A stretch of DNA of 64,000 nt from Auanema rhodensis. Its lineage: Eukaryota > Animalia > Nematoda. The stretch lies in NCBI GenBank assembly GCA_964057225.1, contig OZ059895.1, forward strand, positions 7,626,001-7,690,000. Direction: 5' to 3'. Positions 38,548 to 51,460 of this stretch are shown here, piece after piece. Each line of letters begins with the position of its first letter. The first letter of the stretch is position 1. The notes beneath the pieces were generated by a model. It saw only the letters and a program-made list of their open reading frames with translations, did not search any database and was not told the origin of the DNA. Both the position numbers and the translations under genes were made by a program.

Positions 38548-41500
38548 ATGGGCGATTTGGAAATTGCAGTAAAGCCTGTAGGCCCACCTACAGTAACAGG
38601 CTTATCACCAACCGAAGGTAGATAGGAGCTTTTGTTCTCTAGCGCAATTATCTCTTACAGGAACACCAGGCACTCAAATTACAATAAGAGGAGAAAATCT
38701 AGGAATTGATCAAAATGATCTCTTAATGTTATTTATTTGTGGAACAGACTGCCTACACACTGCAAAGTGGGCTTTCTCTCAATTTAAATTTTCTCAAGAT
38801 TATGATTTAGATGGAAATCACCCTCGAAAATTGTAGCAAGACTTGGTCATGCAACAAGAGGCTTAGGGGAAGTAACTCTAAGAACAAAGTCTGGAGGACG
38901 AAGTATTTCCCATGTTAAATTTCGGTATGTTCTAATTTTTTACTCTTATATATTTTTTCTTCCAGGGTGTTTATAGCCCAAGTAGGACCTCTGGAAGAAA
39001 GTGCAGTATGGGTTGATGAGACAAGAACTGTTCCTGGTCGAGAAGTAAGGTAGAAATCCCGTTCTCAATAGTTCTCGACTTTAGGCTGTGCGAGTAATTG
39101 CTAAAACCGATGAAGAAGTTGATATCCTGGGATTGATACCAACAAAGAAGTTTGATACAGCTACCCTTCAAAGATGGTTTCCTGAAGGCTCTGGTAATAT
39201 CAGAATGGAGTTGTTTAGTCCTCAATGGTATCTCTTGGAAAATCATGCTGACGCTACGTGAGTTCTAAAATATCTTTTTGGGTTTGGCATAATAATCCCG
39301 TTTTAGTGTTGAAGAGTTGCAGAAAGCAATCAAGTACATGAAAACTGATAGAGATAACGAGAATAAAAAAAGCGAAGAACTTCACAAGGTTTTTAATTGT
39401 TTTTCTTATTGGTGTTCATTTGTTATTTTAGGCAAATTTATATGCTTTAATTAATTGTGTCGACACACTAGCATCTCTTCATGAATTATTAGAAAATAAT
39501 AACCAAGCAAGAGAGTTTGATGTAATAGACCGCATCGCAGAAAAAGTATGTGTTTTTGTAACTAGCTTATTAATTCAATATATTTAGATTTCTGAATCTA
39601 AAACGAATGCTGAAAAAGTTTTCAAAGATGTTTTAAGCCGGAAGGATCAAGCTGATTGTACTAGAAATGCGCTGTCCGTTCTAACCCGTTTCAAGTTCAT
39701 ATTTTTCCTTTCTAAGTCAATAAATGATAATATGCAAAAGGTTAGAGATTTTTTTGTAATTACTTTATTATATTGTATGCAGGGAGAATATTTAACTATT
39801 TTGAATGATTACACGCGAGCTAAAGCTTTATACAAGGATACAGACGTGCCATTATTCAAAGAAGGTAGTTCTAATATAGCAACTTATCTATTATCATTAT
39901 TTAGTCATGGCTCATTTGGATAAAAAAATGGAACGTTTCAAAGATGAAATGAAGCATAAGTTAATTGATACCCCAGCCTCATTTGAAGAGCAAAGCAAGC
40001 TGATTAAATATTTGAAGGTTTTGTTTGTTTTTATTGTCTTATTCAATATTTTGTTTGCAGATTTTGGAGCCTAACTCTGATCCAACTTGGGAATGTATAA
40101 CTGCTTATCATTGTTATCTGGAAGATATTTTATGGAAGTTGCAAGAGGAGCATTATCATAAAGGTTTATAATATTATCATAACATTCTCTATATACATTC
40201 TGTTTTAAGCCATGGCATCTAATGCAAATGAGCTTAGATTAACAATTGGCGCTGAAGGAAATGAACGATATCTTTTTGTTTCGAATCTGGTGAAAGTTTT
40301 AATGGACAAGCTTCAGTCATTTTGGAAACTTTCCAATACTTATAACACTAATGATGAGAGATGGAATCAAAGGCAGGAAGATATAAATGTAAAGCAAAAG
40401 CTTTATTTTGTGCCGATTATTTTATTTTTTTCAGCAAATGCTTATCAATACTATTAATGTTTCTTCTTGGTTAATTTTGAATGCATTAGTTGCTAATGCT
40501 TTACCAGATGATGTTTTAAAGAAGTATGCCAGTTATATATATATATATATATATAATTCATGTTTAGATACCAAACTCAGTTTGTTCCTTGGCCACCGAT
40601 CCCTACTCCATTACATAGAACAGTCCTTCTCGCCAGTTTGAAAACTGTCAGGTATGTGCATGGAGTAAATAAAAATTTACTTATTTTATCTTACAGATCA
40701 TTTATATCTTCATTATTGGATTGTCATTTCACAGTAGCTCATATACAACCATTAGTTGAGCTTTGTATGACTATCCGGTTAAAGTCTGTGTCAGTTATCA
40801 TAGATAAAGGAGTTGAAAGTGAATTTTGAACTAGATATTTTTAAAACAATATTCTTTATAGGCATTATTCTTCTTCAAAAGAAAGAAGATTGGAGGCAAG
40901 AACTAATTGAACAATCTGTTTCAAAAACATCATTGCCTGATTTTCTGGAAAATGAGGTTAAAATTTTGATCTTTCATATTGAATAAAATATTTATAGATT
41001 TGTGACTGTCTTTCTATAGTAAAAGACGTTTTAATGACCAACGGATTCTTTGGAGAAAGCTGTCTGTTCTCAAGAGAGCGATTTCGGTCTACTCTGCTTG
41101 ATCTTTTTGTACATTTAGTAATATCAGTAAGAATCTGCTTTGATAGGTATATTTAATTTTTTTTTCTTAATTTGTTTTTTTTTTCAGACTTTTAAACACG
41201 AAAAATGCCCCATTAGATATATCCGACGATAAAGAGAGATCGAATCAAGTATGGTTATATGTATTTTTGACATGAATTCTAGTTTTTAGGGTTTGACCAA
41301 AAAATTTCTAATTGCTGCCTGTAATATAGATTATATTATTGATAAGACAATGAAAGTAGTAATTAGACGAATGAACGAGTGTGGTGTAAAGATGGTAGCT
41401 GAAATAGAAAAGGTTTGCATCCATAATATAAATACCCTTCAAGTTTGTGATATCAGAAATGCTGTGACAAATTAACAGCATATAGAGCTTTCCTAATGGA

Positions 41501-42223
41501 TTGTTATATAAAAATTAAATGCAGTGCTTTCAATACATTGATTGAATCAGCAGACTATGATTTATTACCAGATGAAGGTGGTTTTTTAAAAAATTTATTG
41601 TTTTCATACTTAGCTCTGTAGATGTATCAAATTATGCTAAAGAAATTATTATGTGCTGCGTTCTGCAACAAGCCGAATTGGATTTGTATGCACCACATTT
41701 ATCTTATTCTTGCCTTCAGGTTTCTATTGTTAAAATGTACTTCGTTATTATTATATTTAGGCTACAATTCAAACAGTCTTTGACTCTTTAGTCAATCATT
41801 GTTCTAATATCGGACCATTTACTGAATCTGGAGCTACTCAGTGCGTCATTGATTTATGTGCTTTAGAGGAAGCACTATCATCATATTCGAAATTGGAAAC
41901 TAGGTGTGTGCTATTCTATAGTAAGAACTTCTTATACCACTGAATTAGTGAATGAGCTTGTTATCTGAGATGACGCACATACTCGCTCCAATTCCTATAT
42001 GTTTAATTTAATTACTTACAGAGCTCATTTGAATTCTTATCGTGCTCAGTTAGTCGGAAAACTCGACCAATCGTAAGTTTTCTGTTTTGGTTTTTTTTAA
42101 ATATTTTTCTCCTTTAGGAAAGTAACACCTTGTTTGACAAAATTGCGAAGGTCAATGTTCATGGCTCTAGACAGTCTAGATGTTGGCGGGGAAGAAGACG
42201 ATCTCAATACTTCGAGTGTTTAA
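38548..42223 (+). CDS. sec-5: Exocyst complex component 2 (Sec5), multi-exon
   Basis: IPT domain PPTVTGLSPTEGTPGTQITIRGENLG..ICGTDCL, ESAVWVDET, DILGL..FSPQWYLLENH, RNALSVLTRFKFIFFL, ILNDYTRAKAL. Ends DLNTSSV*. Confidence 0.95.
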
Positions 42224-42448
42224 TATCTTAGGCTGGAAACTAATTATTATTTAACTTGATGCTTTGTACATTCAGATTCTTAATTAATTTATAATTAATT
42301 TTAATTCAATGTGATACATTCTACGTGTAATAGATTTTTATTAAGTTTTATTGTATTTAGATCTGATACTTTGAAGGTTAACCACCGTTTACCTCTTTTT
42401 TTTAAATATGGTTGCGACTATTCAGCTAATATATTTTTTAAGAGAATC

Positions 42449-44218
42449 ATGACATCTTCGCCATGGATTAGCTCAATTATTGTTTTTCTTCTATTTTGTT
42501 ATGTTTTGGTATGTTTATTTGGAAATAGATGGGTATGATTTCTCAATTTTAAGTAAATACTGGAGAGTTATTACAGGCGACTTCAGTTTCCGACTATAGT
42601 GTTGGAAATCGACGGCGAATACTTTCAATTTGTAGATTAGAAATAATAATGACATTATTAAACATTTTTGCATATCATCAGTTAATTGTATATTTTGACT
42701 ACGAGAATCAAACTGAGTACTGTGATCGAAGGAAACAGGCGGTATATATTCATTGTATATCTTTGTAATTGTTTTATTTAGAAAGTCAAAAGTAGAGTAT
42801 CAATGGGCCTTGTAATCTTTTTTATATTATCTCAGCTTGTATATTTAATGTATTATGCTCCAGACTGGCTACAGGTAAAAGTCATCAATTTTACGTTCTA
42901 ATAGAAAATGTACAGTGGCTTTTGTTCGATGTTACCACCTTAGCTGCTGGAATTTGGACAAATTTATTGGCATTTGTTTGTGGCTTTTTTGTGGTGAATA
43001 TTGTGTTTTGGTTGTTTAAGGTAAATATATTCTCATTTAGATTACATATAACTTTATTTTTTAGAAAAATGAATTAACTACAAGGATTTTGAGCTTTATT
43101 ATAAATATCAAATATATTGGAGAGCTTTTAACCAATCGAAGAACTCAAATTAAATGGACGGTTATAATTACATTCATTCTATCTTTTATTATGTGGATCT
43201 CGTGTGATAATATAAGTGTAAAATATAGGAATATCCCCATCAAGGTAAATTATTAATAATTGAGACAAGTCACCAAATTTTCTTATAGAATTTCTCGGGG
43301 GATATGAAATCACTCACCTTTGCTGTGATATCTGATGTACATATTGGAGCTAGTGTACATGAAGAACAAGTCTTGACAGTTTCGGATAAGCTGCTAAAAC
43401 TTGATGTCGATGCTGTGTTAATTGTTGGGGACATGGTAGATGGACCCAGATCATTGCTGGAACCTCGTCTACGTCCTTTCTGGTAATACTAGTATCAGAT
43501 TTAATAGTATATAAAATTTGTGATAGGAATGTGGTCCGGAGATTCCCCACCTATTTTGTTACAGGTAACCACGAATATTATTATGGTGATGTTCGTGAAT
43601 GGATAAAACTGTATCAAGAGCATGGTATAACGGTTCTCCAGAATGAGTATGTACCATGAATTTGTTTGTTTTTTCAAATTAGCCGTTTTAGACATTCAAT
43701 GTTTCATGGCATATGTCTTGCTGGAGTCAATGATATATCAAGTGGAAAGACGGGGTAAGCAAGGATTAGATTGCCCACTCAGAATTTTTTTTTTTTTAGA
43801 ATAAAAAACCATTTTATGAAAGCTTCGCATGCTTTGCAAGGTTGTCCAAAAAATGCTACCAAGGTTTTAATGGCTCATAATCCAGCTTCTATTCGTGATT
43901 TTACGAACGAAGATTTGAATTCAATTGATTTAATTCTATCAGGTATATTTTTACAGGCTGCATGATTTTTAGCATTTGTATTTTCAGGGCATACTCATGC
44001 TGGACAGTTTTATGTTGTAGTGCCGTTAGTTTATTTATCTTTACCTTATTATTATGGTATGTATAATCTTGCCCATGGAAAACTCATGGTTTCTGCTGGA
44101 ACTTTATATCAGGTATAATACTTGAATATAGCACTTTTAACCTTTGTATTTATAGGGTCCTAACATGAAAATGGTAGGAATGTCTGAAATTTGGGTTGTG
44201 AATTTGATAGAGTCATAG
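42449..44218 (+). CDS. TMPPE: Transmembrane protein with metallophosphoesterase domain (TMPPE/YkuE-like), multi-exon
   Basis: N-terminal hydrophobic helices, then calcineurin-like motifs SDVHIG, VGDMVD, TGNHEYY, MAHNP and SGHTHAGQ. Confidence 0.88.
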
Positions 44219-44376
44219 ATACCGGTCAAAAGTTACGGGGAAAACTAATAAATTAATACTAATAATTCCAAATAATAAATTATTTACTGTGTTATAAAGT
44301 ATTCCTTTTTTTGAGTTTTATCTCATACTTACTTTATAATAATATTGAATATTTTACTAATGTCCAATCTGTTCAG

Positions 44377-45849
44377 ATGGGGGATTTTAGTGAATTCCTC
44401 GAAAAATTCGAAAAATGGGATGCTAGCTTGAATATGTCGTACAATTGGGAGTCTTTTCAAGATGAAACTTCAGTCCCAGTTATTGCACCTAGATTATTGG
44501 AAGGACCGACTGTATGTAAGTATAATAGCTTCGGCTGACAAAGGTATTTTCAGGTTGTCGACGCAGTCTCGTATGCTTATTATGAACTTAACTGCTTAGT
44601 TTATGCTTACCCTGCTCCTGAAATTAAATGGTACATTGCTACCGGGAGAAGACGAATTGCACCTTTGTCGAGTAATTTAAAAATTTAGATAGCGCCTATT
44701 TTATAATACTGTTCAGAAAAGTTCGTATCAGAAGTTATTCCACAGAAGGATGAGGGCACGCATCTTTGTACTTTGAAAATTAATTATCCTAATCAATATG
44801 ATTCAAATGCATATATATGCAAGGTAATTTTAAATTTAATTGTTATAATAGGCGTATATTATAATCAAATTAAACCTAATGAAACTATAATTTGTATTAT
44901 AGATATCTAATTCTGCTGGAACTATTGACTGCAAATTTCCAGTTTATTTACCTAAAAACTATAGCTTTTTAAATATTATGTCAATACCTGCTATTGATTA
45001 CATAGGAAAGTCGAGGTTTTACAAGATTCTTTTTGATTTATTCACCCAATACTTGTGTATAGTTGTAAAATGCATGTAAATGTTTCTGGTGTTTCAAGTG
45101 AATCTAAGGTATACTGGCGAAGAATTGGACGTACTGATCCAGATGTACCTTTACCTTCAAATGGATTGAGTAAGTTATTTTTTATGTATTCAGATTTTAA
45201 TTAGTTTCTAACAGTTTTTAGAAACGAGTATGTTCCTGATTCAAAACCACTAACTATGAAACTTTCGTTAACTATGAATAATTTTGGCTATCGCGATACC
45301 GGTATTTATGTGTAAGGAATAGCCGTATCTACATGCTAATAAGCTATTCTATTAAGGTGTTACGTTAAGAATATTAAACAAACCGCTTTGCGATTCCATT
45401 TTCCTCTCATATATGACCCTAGAAGCAGAGATATGCGACCCGAACAATTTTGCGCTCCCAAAGTCGCTCTTTGCGTTAGTGCGAAACTGATTGCTCTAGA
45501 ATTTTCCTAATTTTTAGCATGATGGAACATTAATCATGATATTCTGGATAACAACTGAAGAAATCCCCTACTTCCGTTGGCGAATTCCTAATGGAGATTT
45601 CATTGATAATAATAATGTCGAATTCGCGACTTCCTCATCGCGTCATATTACGATAAAAAACAAGACTATATTTGAAGGAAAACTGAAAATTCATAATGTT
45701 GAGTAAGTTTTAAAATATTTAAAAATTTATGTTATTTGATGTTCTGCAGAACAATGCCGCTAGGAACATATCGTTGCCTTGCATCAAATGGCTATGGGTC
45801 ACTTGTAGTACCCTTTCGTATTGAGAATAGAACACCTAATCAAGAATAG
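44377..45849 (+). CDS. Intracellular protein with three Ig-like domains (DIM-1-like), multi-exon
   Basis: No signal peptide. I-set-like motifs APRLLEGP..LNCLVYAYPAPEIKW..DSNAYICKISNSAG, a second D.G.Y.C unit (RDTGIYVCY) and a third GTYRCLASNGYG. Stop at 45849. Confidence 0.7.
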
Positions 45850-46102
45850 ATTTATTTTTTGCTGTTTTTTTCATTTTCCTTATTTACTAAATACTTACTT
45901 GCTTTCACTCTATTGATCTTTGCATCTACTTATCTCATAATTCACTTGTTGCCTTTTTCTGTTATAGCATTTAATGTAATCCATACTGTTCGTTTTAAAC
46001 GTTCCAAACGTTTGTTTTTTTAATCTTTTATTCGTGTTCGTGCACATATTATTATCTTTTAATTGGTTTAATTCACTTATACAAAATGACAAATTATTCA
46101 GA

Positions 46103-47351
46103 ATGTCCATTCTTGCTGAGCCACGTCGTCGTCAAAAGATCAGCATTGACCCCCAAAACTTGGAATGGAAAAATAATGAGCAGGTAGTTGTTTATTTATT
46201 TGGATGATCTCTATTTGAACATTTAGACATTTTCAAAAAAACTTATGAAAAAAATGGGGTGGAACGACGGCGATGGATTGGGAAGAAATAGGCAGGGTAA
46301 TTCAGAACATGTAAAATTGAAAGCTAACTATTCTGGAAAAGGTATGCTATGAAGCAAGAAAAGTTCATATTAAATCGAGTAAGTTTAGGTCTCGGTGCTG
46401 ATAAAATAGCTTCCTATGATAGTACATGGATTGGTCATCATGATGATTTTGCTGATTTACTTAGTGCCCTGAATAAGAACAAAGAAGTTATAGCTAAGAA
46501 TGACGACAGTGTTGAGAAGGAGGTTCAAAAAATATCGATGGAGTTGAAGAGTAAGAGCATTAGGAGAAGAATTCAGTAAGATTATTTATTGGAAATTCGT
46601 TCGTATAATATTATTTTAGCTATCAAAAATTTACTAGAGCTAAAGATTCAGCCAATTACACTGATAACGATAAGTCAGCTATTTTGGGACTTGGATTAAA
46701 ACGTAAAAAGGAGGAATCATCCGACTCTGAAAAAGAAAAGGAACCTGTTAGCTATTTATAATTTTTTTTTTTGACTTGTAGGTAATTTTAGGAAGAGTCA
46801 TCGAAGTTTGAAACAGATACGAAACACACTGTAAGTAATGTATCTGTAGCTGATTATTTCGCAGCAAAAATGGCTGCTTTCAAAGCAAAACAAGTCAATA
46901 ATAACATCGAGGTTTTAATATATAATTTTCTCAGCATTTGCATTGTATATTTAGGTTAAAACCGAGGTTTGTGACGAGAACATAACCGATAAAGTGATCA
47001 AGCAAGAAGTTGAAGATACGGAAGATATAGTGAAGAAAGAGATTAAGGAAGAAGTTGAAGATCCAGAGGAGACTGAGCGCCTCAGGAAAGAAAGAAAAGC
47101 TGCTAAGAAATTAGCAAAATTGGCTAGAAAACAGCAAGAAGCTGCTGAAGCTGAATCTGAGGAAAAGAAAAGTGATGAAGGTTCGAGTGATCTTGTTGAT
47201 TAAAATATATGAAATGTGTTCAGAACCGATGGAAAAAGAAAAAAAGAAGAAGAGAAGTCGGGAAATAAAAGAAGAAGTACAGGAAGAGGAAGAGATACCT
47301 GTAAAAAAAAGTAAGAAGGATAAAAAATCTAAAAAAGCTGATCAAGAATGA
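46103..47351 (+). CDS. PINX1: PIN2/TERF1-interacting G-patch protein (PinX1/Gno1), multi-exon
   Basis: MSILAEPRRRQKISIDPQN, G-patch KKLMKKMGWNDGDGLGRNRQG..GLGA, WIGHHDDFADLLSALN, YQKFTRAKD, SVADYFAAKMA, and a Lys/Glu-rich tail. Confidence 0.93.
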
Positions 47352-47579
47352 TTTGTTGTTATCTTCCGAATGTTATTGTTAGTACTAATTGTTTCTACTT
47401 TTTGTTCTCCATTATATGTTGGCATATACATGTTCATTGTTATTTCTCTTTGTTGAAGTTGATCATTCTCCTAATATTCACAATATCAAAGCTATATAAT
47501 TATATCTGGGATGAATGAACTGGGAATGAAGATAAGATAGTATACAATGAAACCCGATTCAGAAAGGAAGGTTTAAAAG

Positions 47580-49466
47580 CTATAAATTAGTATTACTTAA
47601 ATAAAATATTGGTCTAGAGGAACATGGGTCTTCGTCTGGAGTAGGTGGTAATATTCGTCTAACTCGTCCTAGACGAGCAACATCTTGAGCTCTTAAACTT
47701 CTGTTCTCAATGGAATTGGCATGTAGGGGAGTAGCTATGATGATTGGTGCATGAGGAGCCGAACAAGAAATATCTGATTCTGAATTAGACAATGTTTCTG
47801 GTGATCGTGTCGTTGAATGTGCATTATCACACTCATCGACAACTGATAGGGGAAATGAAATTTGTTCCTTTGGTATCATTGGCTTATCTTTGCGAGAACG
47901 ATTATTAGCATTCCGAACAATTTGTCCAAAACGAACACGAATAGCCGTATTCCACATTGAATCCACATGCCAGTACCAGTGCCATGACACATAAAGCTGT
48001 AAGTAGGAAATATGTTCCATATATTTGATATTTACAAACCAAGAAGAAATTTCCTGTCGTACCAGCAATGTAAAACACTATAGCGATTAAAGGAGCTGAC
48101 ATAGGTTCCGTAATAAGTGGTAAAATTCGTGGCAAAGCTGCCAGGAAAAGAATTAGTAAACCTATCCCGTAAACCGATTGCTAAAAAGAAAAACATTTTT
48201 ATGGTGCGTATTAATTGTAAATCGTATAAAAATACGATAAGTGTTTTGGCATTATTCATAAACTTCTTTAAACGATCTATGTTCTGCTAAAAAGGAAGAA
48301 GTTCAATTCTCCCGAGACGACAAGTGGCTTGACCCTTGTCGCTTAGAAATATACTTCGACGGGATGCAAGTAGAATTGTCCTACAAGCTCAAAGATAATT
48401 CTTTCTTCGGCATTTAAATACACACTGGAAGGCTTGAATGTTTTGTGATGTATTAAAGACATATCCACCAGATTTCTAGTGTAATATCTATTTCGTATAT
48501 ATGCTTGTACATAGACAACAAATTTAAAGAAAAATTTAGGAAAGTTTTATGTAATCGTCATATAGCTCACGATTTGTACGTTTTTGTTAGTTTTTACTTA
48601 AAATAAAGTACAGCAGATTTGCTTTTAATTTAATTTCAAGAATAATATTCAATTGTTGATTATTTTGATAAAAGTCACATCTATCTCACTTTAATCTTGA
48701 AAATTCACATCAGATAAAGATGCATTTGTCAGTGTTTTCTCTTCATAGATGCTCTACGGACTGCTATAGACTTTTCGATGTTGCTTTCAAATCGATTAAT
48801 TAGATAGTGCACCGGGCCTTTTAATTGGATATACGAGGTTTTTTCGTAGTTCAAATTATGCTAACTGTGAGGGAATATAAACATAGATTTGAAAAAAAAC
48901 AAAAGTTTACCTGAACTAACAGTGGCCATAAGCAATACGGGCGTGGTCGAGACGCAAATGCAAATGGTAAACTAAACATGAGTGACATGCAGTGTGATAT
49001 GCACCACAGTAATCGTCCGAAGCCTCCATCCAGATATTCAGCTACACATCCACGAATTCCCCACAACGAGTGCAATAAACCCACATCGAATATGACAGCG
49101 TCGGCAGCCTCAAGTGGTAAGGTACCAGAGACAAAGTCACATTTGAGAATCTGTAAGTTTTTTAAATTTTTCAGATTTAGCTAGATGTCCAAGAGATTAA
49201 AACATAGTTTGATGCTATCAAAGAATTTTATCTAAGCCTACGAATAAAAAGTTTGCCTTTCTATTAAATGAAGCTAACTCAAAATCTTATTAGTAGCGAT
49301 TCTAAATACTAACCTTGTTATGTTGAGTGTACGAATGACCATGTTGAGCTACTCCCCATAAGCAGACAACCACCTGACAACATCCGATCCAAACACAGAT
49401 TTGAGAATTTAAAAAACGATAGCGAATACATTTAGTAGATTCATCTTTCACGGATATCAAGCCCAT
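47580..49466 (-). CDS. Uncharacterised nematode 4-TM membrane protein, 4 exons
   Basis: MGLISVKDESTKCIRYRFLNSQICVWIGCCQVVVCLWGVAQH..|ILKCDF..FDVGLLHSLWGIRGCVAEYLDGGFGR..WPLLVQ|QSVYGIGLLIL..|LYVSWHWYWHV.. All introns are phase 0. Confidence 0.75.
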
Positions 49467-50092
49467 GAAGGACACAGAAAGGATACCGGACAGGCCGGAC
49501 CTTAAACCCGACTATGGGAACCCTTAATGTTAAAGAATGAATTTAATGTAAAAGATGACAGACAAGAATATGGTGAAGTGAGTGAGACTTCTTTTTTTAA
49601 CGAAAAGTTTCACTTTGTGAGTCTGCTCTCATCTCTACTTCTGCATTGCTCGAGCCGAAGCTTCTAGCAGCCCTGCCATAGACACTCCCTTCTCAGGCTT
49701 TTGTTTCCGATGGCCATCTCCTAGACCAACGAGGCATTCTGTCAGATCCTTCGTTCATTTCTCAGGGGAATAACCTAGCGGCACAAAATTTATCATATCA
49801 AAAAAAAAACAAAATCGTTATGAACCTATTAGTGAAGCTAAAATAAAGTCAAAGAAAAATCGTATAGATAACAATCAAGAATATAGTTTTTAAATATGAA
49901 AATAAATGTAGAAGGTTATATAAATTGAAAAAAAATCAAAATCATTCATTATTTTTGAAGATTTCTCAATAACAATCTTTCAGACAGAATGATCTGTTAT
50001 GGAGATTTGATTTCAGAAAATAAATTTTAAAATATCAATATAAAGACTACAGGTACATACATATATTCAGTAGTAGTATAGGAAATTTATAC

Positions 50093-51071
50093 AATAGGGC
50101 AGTTACTAACTCGAAGGAACTTTCTTCTCAAATAGAGCATAAGAAGGCTGAATGTAAAATTTAGCTGGCTTTTATTTAAATAGACGGCAATGAATTTCTT
50201 ATTCATTCACATCTTATAGAATACATTGCTATTTACTAGATCAATGCTAATATATATTTTAATTTTTTGTATACATGCCTACTTATTGTAATTGTGTACA
50301 AAGAAATAATATAAAGTCTATCTAAGTTTTAGCTTAGAATAGCAGACCCAATGAGTTTCTTTATTATTAGAAGAGTCTAAATTCACAATTCGTACTTCTG
50401 TTTCTTTAATTTGAGTAGGCAAAGTGTCTCTCGTTAAGATTTCACGGAAATTCTTGTTTCCCAATATTTCTACCAAAGCAAGGAAATCAATGTTGGTTAG
50501 TGGCTTCAGATTTTTATCAAAATGCATTTATTGAGCATTATTTTAATGATGAATGAGATAAAAATATAACATTTAACATACATTTAAACATGAAAATAGG
50601 AAATGAAAAATGAAATCAACATCTCAATCTACCTCAAGTGTTTCTATCTAAATACACTATATTTGATCAGATTAGATTAAGGTTGTTGAATTTTAAAATA
50701 TTAACGAACTATTAAACTTAAAAAATATTTAAATCATTAGCTTTTAAGAACAGTATATCATGAAGATTTGTTTTAGTTTTATATGCTTTGCAAATATGAT
50801 TTATTGCTGTTGTTGTGCAGATTTTTGGCTTTTTTGGCTTGTATTTTCTCGATCATTTCTTTTATTTTAAAAGAGCATGATTATAAACTTCCCGCATGAT
50901 CTAGTAAATAGCAATGTATTCTATAAGATGTGAATGAATAAGAAATTCATTGCCGTCTATTTAAATAAAAGCCAGCTAAATTTTACATTCAGCCTTCTTA
51001 TGCTCTATTTGAGAAGAAAGTTCCTCCGTTTTGCAGATTTTTCAGAAAAAAAGATTAGTAACTGCCCTATT
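50093..51071. repeat. Inverted repeat: 129-bp arms 50115-50243 / 50897-51025 plus outer 17-bp arms 50093-50109 / 51055-51071
   Basis: By manual comparison the arms are exact reverse complements, around a 653-bp spacer. Confidence 0.93.
50318..50527 (-). pseudogene. Maverick adenain-like cysteine protease, 3'-truncated copy
   Basis: KPLTNIDF..NFREILTRDTLP..IVNLDSSNNKETHWVCY, truncated just after the catalytic His. Confidence 0.75.
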
Positions 51072-51157
51072 AGGAGAATAACTTATTTCTTAAAGTTGAA
51101 AAAATAGAAAAAGAAATGAATACAAAATCTAAGATTTCTAGTTCTGAAGGAATGACA

Positions 51158-51420
51158 AAATTCCAAGTAGGAGACACTGTCAGAATTACAAAGTATAAAG
51201 CTATTTTCGATAAAGGATATCTTCCAAATTGAAGTACTGAACAATTTAAAGTTTCTGAAGTTCATCTAAGTGAACCAATAATGTATTTTATAAAAGATTT
51301 AGCAGATGAAAAAATTAAAGGTAAATTCTATGAGGAAGAACTTACACTATATATAATAATGTTACTCGGGAGTACAAAATCGAAAAAGTGATAAAACGTA
51401 GGACAAGAAAAGGTGTTTAA
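51158..51420 (+). pseudogene. Maverick integrase C-terminal fragment with start of a chromo-like domain
   Basis: KFQVGDTVRITKYKAIFDKGYLPN*STEQFKV..PIMYFIKDLADEKIKGKFYEEEL (TGA at the conserved Trp), then after a frameshift EYKIEKVIKRRTRKGV*. Confidence 0.85.
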
Positions 51421-51460
51421 AATTTAAAAAAATGAGATTAAAACAGATATTCAACAAAAT

